From positions 124,001 to 188,000 of IMG/VR virus record IMGVR_UViG_3300014494_000005: 64,000 nucleotides of DNA. One strand, written 5' to 3'. This document shows, piece after piece, positions 60,343-64,000 of this stretch. How positions within the stretch are numbered: position 1 is the stretch's first letter; each line of letters opens with the position of its first letter. The position numbers were made by a program, and so were the translations under genes. The notes under the pieces are model-generated. The model searched no databases. It was not told where the DNA came from and was given only the letters and a program-made list of their open reading frames with translations.

Positions 60343-61941
60343 TTATGCTCCAACATCAATAAATTTAATATTGCCACAATCATATATTCTTGGAATTTTT
60401 CTTTCTGACATTATTTGATGTTCAGTTTTATTTTTATCAAATCCTTGTTTAACTAAAACATCTTTTCTAAATAAAAATCTATGTTTTCTTTCCTTTCCAA
60501 CAACATACCAATAATTAGGTGCTGTGTTATATTTTAAATTAAATCCTAATTGTTTATATAAATTACCATTTGAATATCTTCTATTAGCAAAACTAATCAC
60601 ATTAAATGGTTTATATTTTAATTTAAAAAAAGAATATAATTTACTAGCACCGCCAACAACAATAGTATTAAGTTTATTGCAAAAACGTAACATTTCATAC
60701 ACATTATCATTTTTTATTTTATTACCAAGAACGTTTCTTAATTTTCCAAATGTCATAATAGATACTAACTCATTGTTATAATATAATCCTAATTTAATGG
60801 ATGCATTAACATTACCTTGTATATGATTTTTTATTAAAAATTCGAAGGCTATTTTAGGATTAATTTCTTTTATTTGACATTTTCTTGCAAATATTTTATT
60901 ATTAATAATACCTAATTTACTTTTTATCATTGATTCAATAATATTATATTTTTCAAGTAATTCATCTTCAAAAAAATGCAATAATGTAATATTTTTTTCT
61001 TCACATTTTTTTGTTTTATTAATATGATAATCGTCATTTATATAATATTCGGAATGCCAATGAAGTCCATTTATTTCAATTGCTAAATTATATGAAGGTA
61101 TATAAATATCCAATTCACCATCAATTGTTTTTCTATCATTTGGAATATAATTAATATTATTATTTTTTAAAAATTTACATATTTTTAATTCAAATGTTGT
61201 TCTTGGTGACCCAATTGGTTGTAATATTGTTGATAATTCAACATCATGATTTAATCTATTTACTAATAATTTTCTATTGTTTTCAAAAACATGACCATTA
61301 GGATGTGAAACTTTTATATTATCATCATTAAATTCTAATATTGAATATCCTTTTTCTGAAAATCTTTTCTTTAATAATTTATCTCTATTTAGTTGAACTT
61401 TTATTAAACCACGATTTATAATTTTATTACCATGCGTAGCATATGTTTTTTTCATATTATGAGTTGCTAATAATCTAATACTATTAACTTTAAATGTACT
61501 ATCAACACCATATTTTTTAAATACCGCTTCTTTCGACTTTTTAATTCTAATTTCTTTATTTTCTGGAATACTTTGCCAAATTTCTCTACATTTTTTAGAA
61601 CAAAATTTTCTTTCATATTTTATTCTTTCAATAAATAATTTATTACATATTAAGCAATGTCTATTTTCTTTCGATTTTTTCTTTTTATTTAAACCAGAGC
61701 ATTTATATGAACAAAATTTTTTCTTTTCTTTCTTTTTTGATTTAAAAATCTTTTCACAATACTCACACTTTTTTTCAACATAAAATTTATTATCTTCTTG
61801 TGCTCTATGTGCTAATTTACAATCTTTAGAACAAAATTGTTTTTCCCTTCCTTTTTTTACATAAAAAATATTATTACAATGTTTGCAAATTAAATTAACT
61901 ATTGTTGCCATATATGATGAATTTATATTTTTACTAACCAA
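60343..61941 (-). CDS. Putative homing endonuclease with CxxC..FCS..C zinc fingers
   Basis: Three C..C...FCS..C repeats; ELDIYIP..IEINGLHWHS..FFEDE. Confidence 0.75.
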   Translation of the reverse strand: MVSKNINSSYMATIVNLICKHCNNIFYVKKGREKQFCSKDCKLAHRAQEDNKFYVEKKCEYCEKIFKSKKKEKKKFCSYKCSGLNKKKKSKENRHCLICNKLFIERIKYERKFCSKKCREIWQSIPENKEIRIKKSKEAVFKKYGVDSTFKVNSIRLLATHNMKKTYATHGNKIINRGLIKVQLNRDKLLKKRFSEKGYSILEFNDDNIKVSHPNGHVFENNRKLLVNRLNHDVELSTILQPIGSPRTTFELKICKFLKNNNINYIPNDRKTIDGELDIYIPSYNLAIEINGLHWHSEYYINDDYHINKTKKCEEKNITLLHFFEDELLEKYNIIESMIKSKLGIINNKIFARKCQIKEINPKIAFEFLIKNHIQGNVNASIKLGLYYNNELVSIMTFGKLRNVLGNKIKNDNVYEMLRFCNKLNTIVVGGASKLYSFFKLKYKPFNVISFANRRYSNGNLYKQLGFNLKYNTAPNYWYVVGKERKHRFLFRKDVLVKQGFDKNKTEHQIMSERKIPRIYDCGNIKFIDVGA

Positions 61942-61976
61942 TTCGGTTATGCAAATATAAATACTTTAAATAAATA

Positions 61977-62011
61977 AAAAAAGCCATTAAATATATATTT
62001 AATGGCTTTTT
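61977..62011 (-). terminator. Intrinsic terminator after the sheath gene
   Basis: aaaaagccattaaat/atttaatggcttttt. Confidence 0.75.
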
Positions 62012-62027
62012 AATATAAAATTATAAA

Positions 62028-64000
62028 TTATGCCCCAACATCAGCAAATGATGCACCAGAAGGAGTAATTGTAAATGTAATTCCAATAAATTCAACAGCA
62101 CGTGTTGGTTTTAAGAATATTTCACCATACAATTCGTTTCTATCCATTGTTTCTGGAGTATTATTTGAATTATCCATTTTAATTCTAAAGTCATTCAAAC
62201 CTCTTTCTCTCTTAATACTGTCAAGAATAGGATTTGCTTTTGCCAAGAATTGGTCAATTGTTGTTTGGTCATTTTGTTCAAATACAAGTCTGATAGCAAT
62301 ATTTGCAATAAGAACTTTAATTTGAAGTAATAATCTACGAACATTGATTCTATCAAGTGCACTTTCTTTAACTTGTAAAGTTTTTTGTCCGAAGATTGCT
62401 GTACCTGCTTCTGCAAAATCAGCCATTGGGTTAATTCTACCAGCATATAAAATATCACGAGCTTCTTGAGACAATTTGTATCTTGATTTAATTGCATTAG
62501 TTACACCACGATTTAAACCAGCAGGTGCAAACCAAGGAAATTTTACATTATCTGTAAATGCCATTGCTCTTACAACTTCGCCAGTAGCTGGAATATAAAC
62601 ATTAACATTATTTTGATTATCTCTTATTTGAATCCAAGGGAAATATGTACATGAATAACTACTATCAATATCAACATCATTAAGTAATTCCACAACTTGT
62701 TGAGCAGCTTCTACATCATCAGGAACACCAGTATTACCATTATTTGTTATATTTATATCAATATTTGGTGAATCAATTACATATAATGAATCGGTTCTTT
62801 GTTGTTCAATCATATCAATTGTATCTTGAACTAAAATACTTTGGTCTGACCAGTTAATACCCGGAGTTGAGAAAAGATTAATTGTAACTTGTTCTGGGTT
62901 TGAAAATGTATTTATTGCTGTTTGCCATGCATGAAAATCATTTGTTGGTATTGTTTCTGGATGACCGGGATGACCACTAAATATACCACCCTGTTGATAA
63001 CCATCACCATATGAACGGTCTTCACCATTTATACCTCTATTAACATCCCATCCATCAAAACCACGAGCAGGAACAAAAGTGAATTTTCTTGTTTTAATAC
63101 TATAATATGGATTTAGTGGGTCATTGGTATCAAGATATGTTTGTATTTGTCCCGCACCAACTTCAAATTGACCAATATATATTGTACCATTAGTATATAT
63201 ACCAGTTGCACCAGAATCCATATGGAATCCTTTTGTTTTAACAAAACCGTTTTGACCATTATAATTAAAAAAGTTCTGATTAATACCACTACCAGTTGAA
63301 TTGGTACTATCATAACCATGTTCAGAAATACCTAAAAATACTTTATTTACTTTATCAGTTTCGCTATATTTTGTTTTATAGAAAATTTTTGGTGGGATAC
63401 CATTAGTTGTTGGGTCACTTGTTGCTGACATTGCATAGTCATTAAATTCATAACCTTCAAAACCTGCAGGAAATACATCATTTGGAATATCTGTTGCAAG
63501 TTCAACCATAATATATTTACTTGCAAGATTATAAATACCATCAGTAGTACCAATTTTCTGTGCAATATAACTACTAAGTCCTTCAATCATTGTACATTTT
63601 GAATATGTTTCAAGTACTATTGGACTTGCATCAGTATCGTTAAAATCACGAACAACTACATCAAATTCATAAGTGTCTGGATTAATATTAACAATACTTA
63701 TTTTAATTTCATCATTTGCAGCATCACCATCAGAAATACTAATAAATTTGAATAATCTATTAACATGATTACCCATTAATTGAGATACAACCCAAGGAGT
63801 TTCAGGTGTTTGGAATCCAATTTTATAATTTGTAAAATTATTTGAAGTGGCAGTAATTAATGTTGTATTAATACCATAACCAATACCTTCTGAATCTAAT
63901 TTCTGAATAAGGTCAGGATAAATTGCTTGAACCCAAATTTTTGTTTTTTTGTCTTTTGGTGCTGAACCAATTACATTTGGTAAGAAACTACTTGAGTTTG
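62028..64000 (-). CDS. Contractile tail sheath protein (gp18-like), 5' end outside window
   Basis: PWFAPAGLNRG, LY.GRINP, FGQKTLQ..SALDRINVRRLL, FEQND, KPTRAVEFI; frame continues upstream of 63776 (ETPWVVSQL). Confidence 0.93.
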   Translation of the reverse strand, partial: NSSSFLPNVIGSAPKDKKTKIWVQAIYPDLIQKLDSEGIGYGINTTLITATSNNFTNYKIGFQTPETPWVVSQLMGNHVNRLFKFISISDGDAANDEIKISIVNINPDTYEFDVVVRDFNDTDASPIVLETYSKCTMIEGLSSYIAQKIGTTDGIYNLASKYIMVELATDIPNDVFPAGFEGYEFNDYAMSATSDPTTNGIPPKIFYKTKYSETDKVNKVFLGISEHGYDSTNSTGSGINQNFFNYNGQNGFVKTKGFHMDSGATGIYTNGTIYIGQFEVGAGQIQTYLDTNDPLNPYYSIKTRKFTFVPARGFDGWDVNRGINGEDRSYGDGYQQGGIFSGHPGHPETIPTNDFHAWQTAINTFSNPEQVTINLFSTPGINWSDQSILVQDTIDMIEQQRTDSLYVIDSPNIDINITNNGNTGVPDDVEAAQQVVELLNDVDIDSSYSCTYFPWIQIRDNQNNVNVYIPATGEVVRAMAFTDNVKFPWFAPAGLNRGVTNAIKSRYKLSQEARDILYAGRINPMADFAEAGTAIFGQKTLQVKESALDRINVRRLLLQIKVLIANIAIRLVFEQNDQTTIDQFLAKANPILDSIKRERGLNDFRIKMDNSNNTPETMDRNELYGEIFLKPTRAVEFIGITFTITPSGASFADVGA

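Noticed and set aside
284-63586. Short ORF-track entries overlapping long genes (e.g. 508..705, 17886..18137, 45823..46242, 62195..62497)
   Set aside because: Antisense or alternate-frame shadows of well-supported genes, with no motifs

Overview
AT-rich 64 kb segment of a large (jumbo-type) myophage. The host is probably Bacteroidota, because several genes carry TTG-N19/20-TAnnTTTG promoters. The standard genetic code fits all genes. Contents: Cys-rich tail-fibre-like genes (1-4.5 kb); a replication/recombination block (gp41/DnaB helicase with a class 3 intein, 5'-3' exonuclease, RecA/UvsX, gp32-like SSB); probable head proteins; a ~10 kb glycosyltransferase/methyltransferase island; contractile-tail genes (LysM-like, hub, tape measure, frameshifted chaperone, gp5-like spike, tube, sheath); a gp55-like sigma factor; and seven free-standing homing-endonuclease-like genes. 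The standout is a minus-strand locus at ~5.4-10.7 kb. An initiator tRNA is followed by at least four non-coding RNAs that share one 23-nt motif and a covarying two-part stem but carry different payloads: two hairpins, a circularly permuted tRNA(Asn)-like domain, and a whole tRNA with the stem inserted in its D-loop. Downstream lie genes for KilA-N, a divergent Ro60/TROVE-vWA protein and an ARPP-1/DUF6569-like protein. I interpret this as a candidate phage Ro/Y-RNA-like ribonucleoprotein system with modular tRNA-mimic RNAs. All protein family calls come from motif recognition by eye, not database searches.
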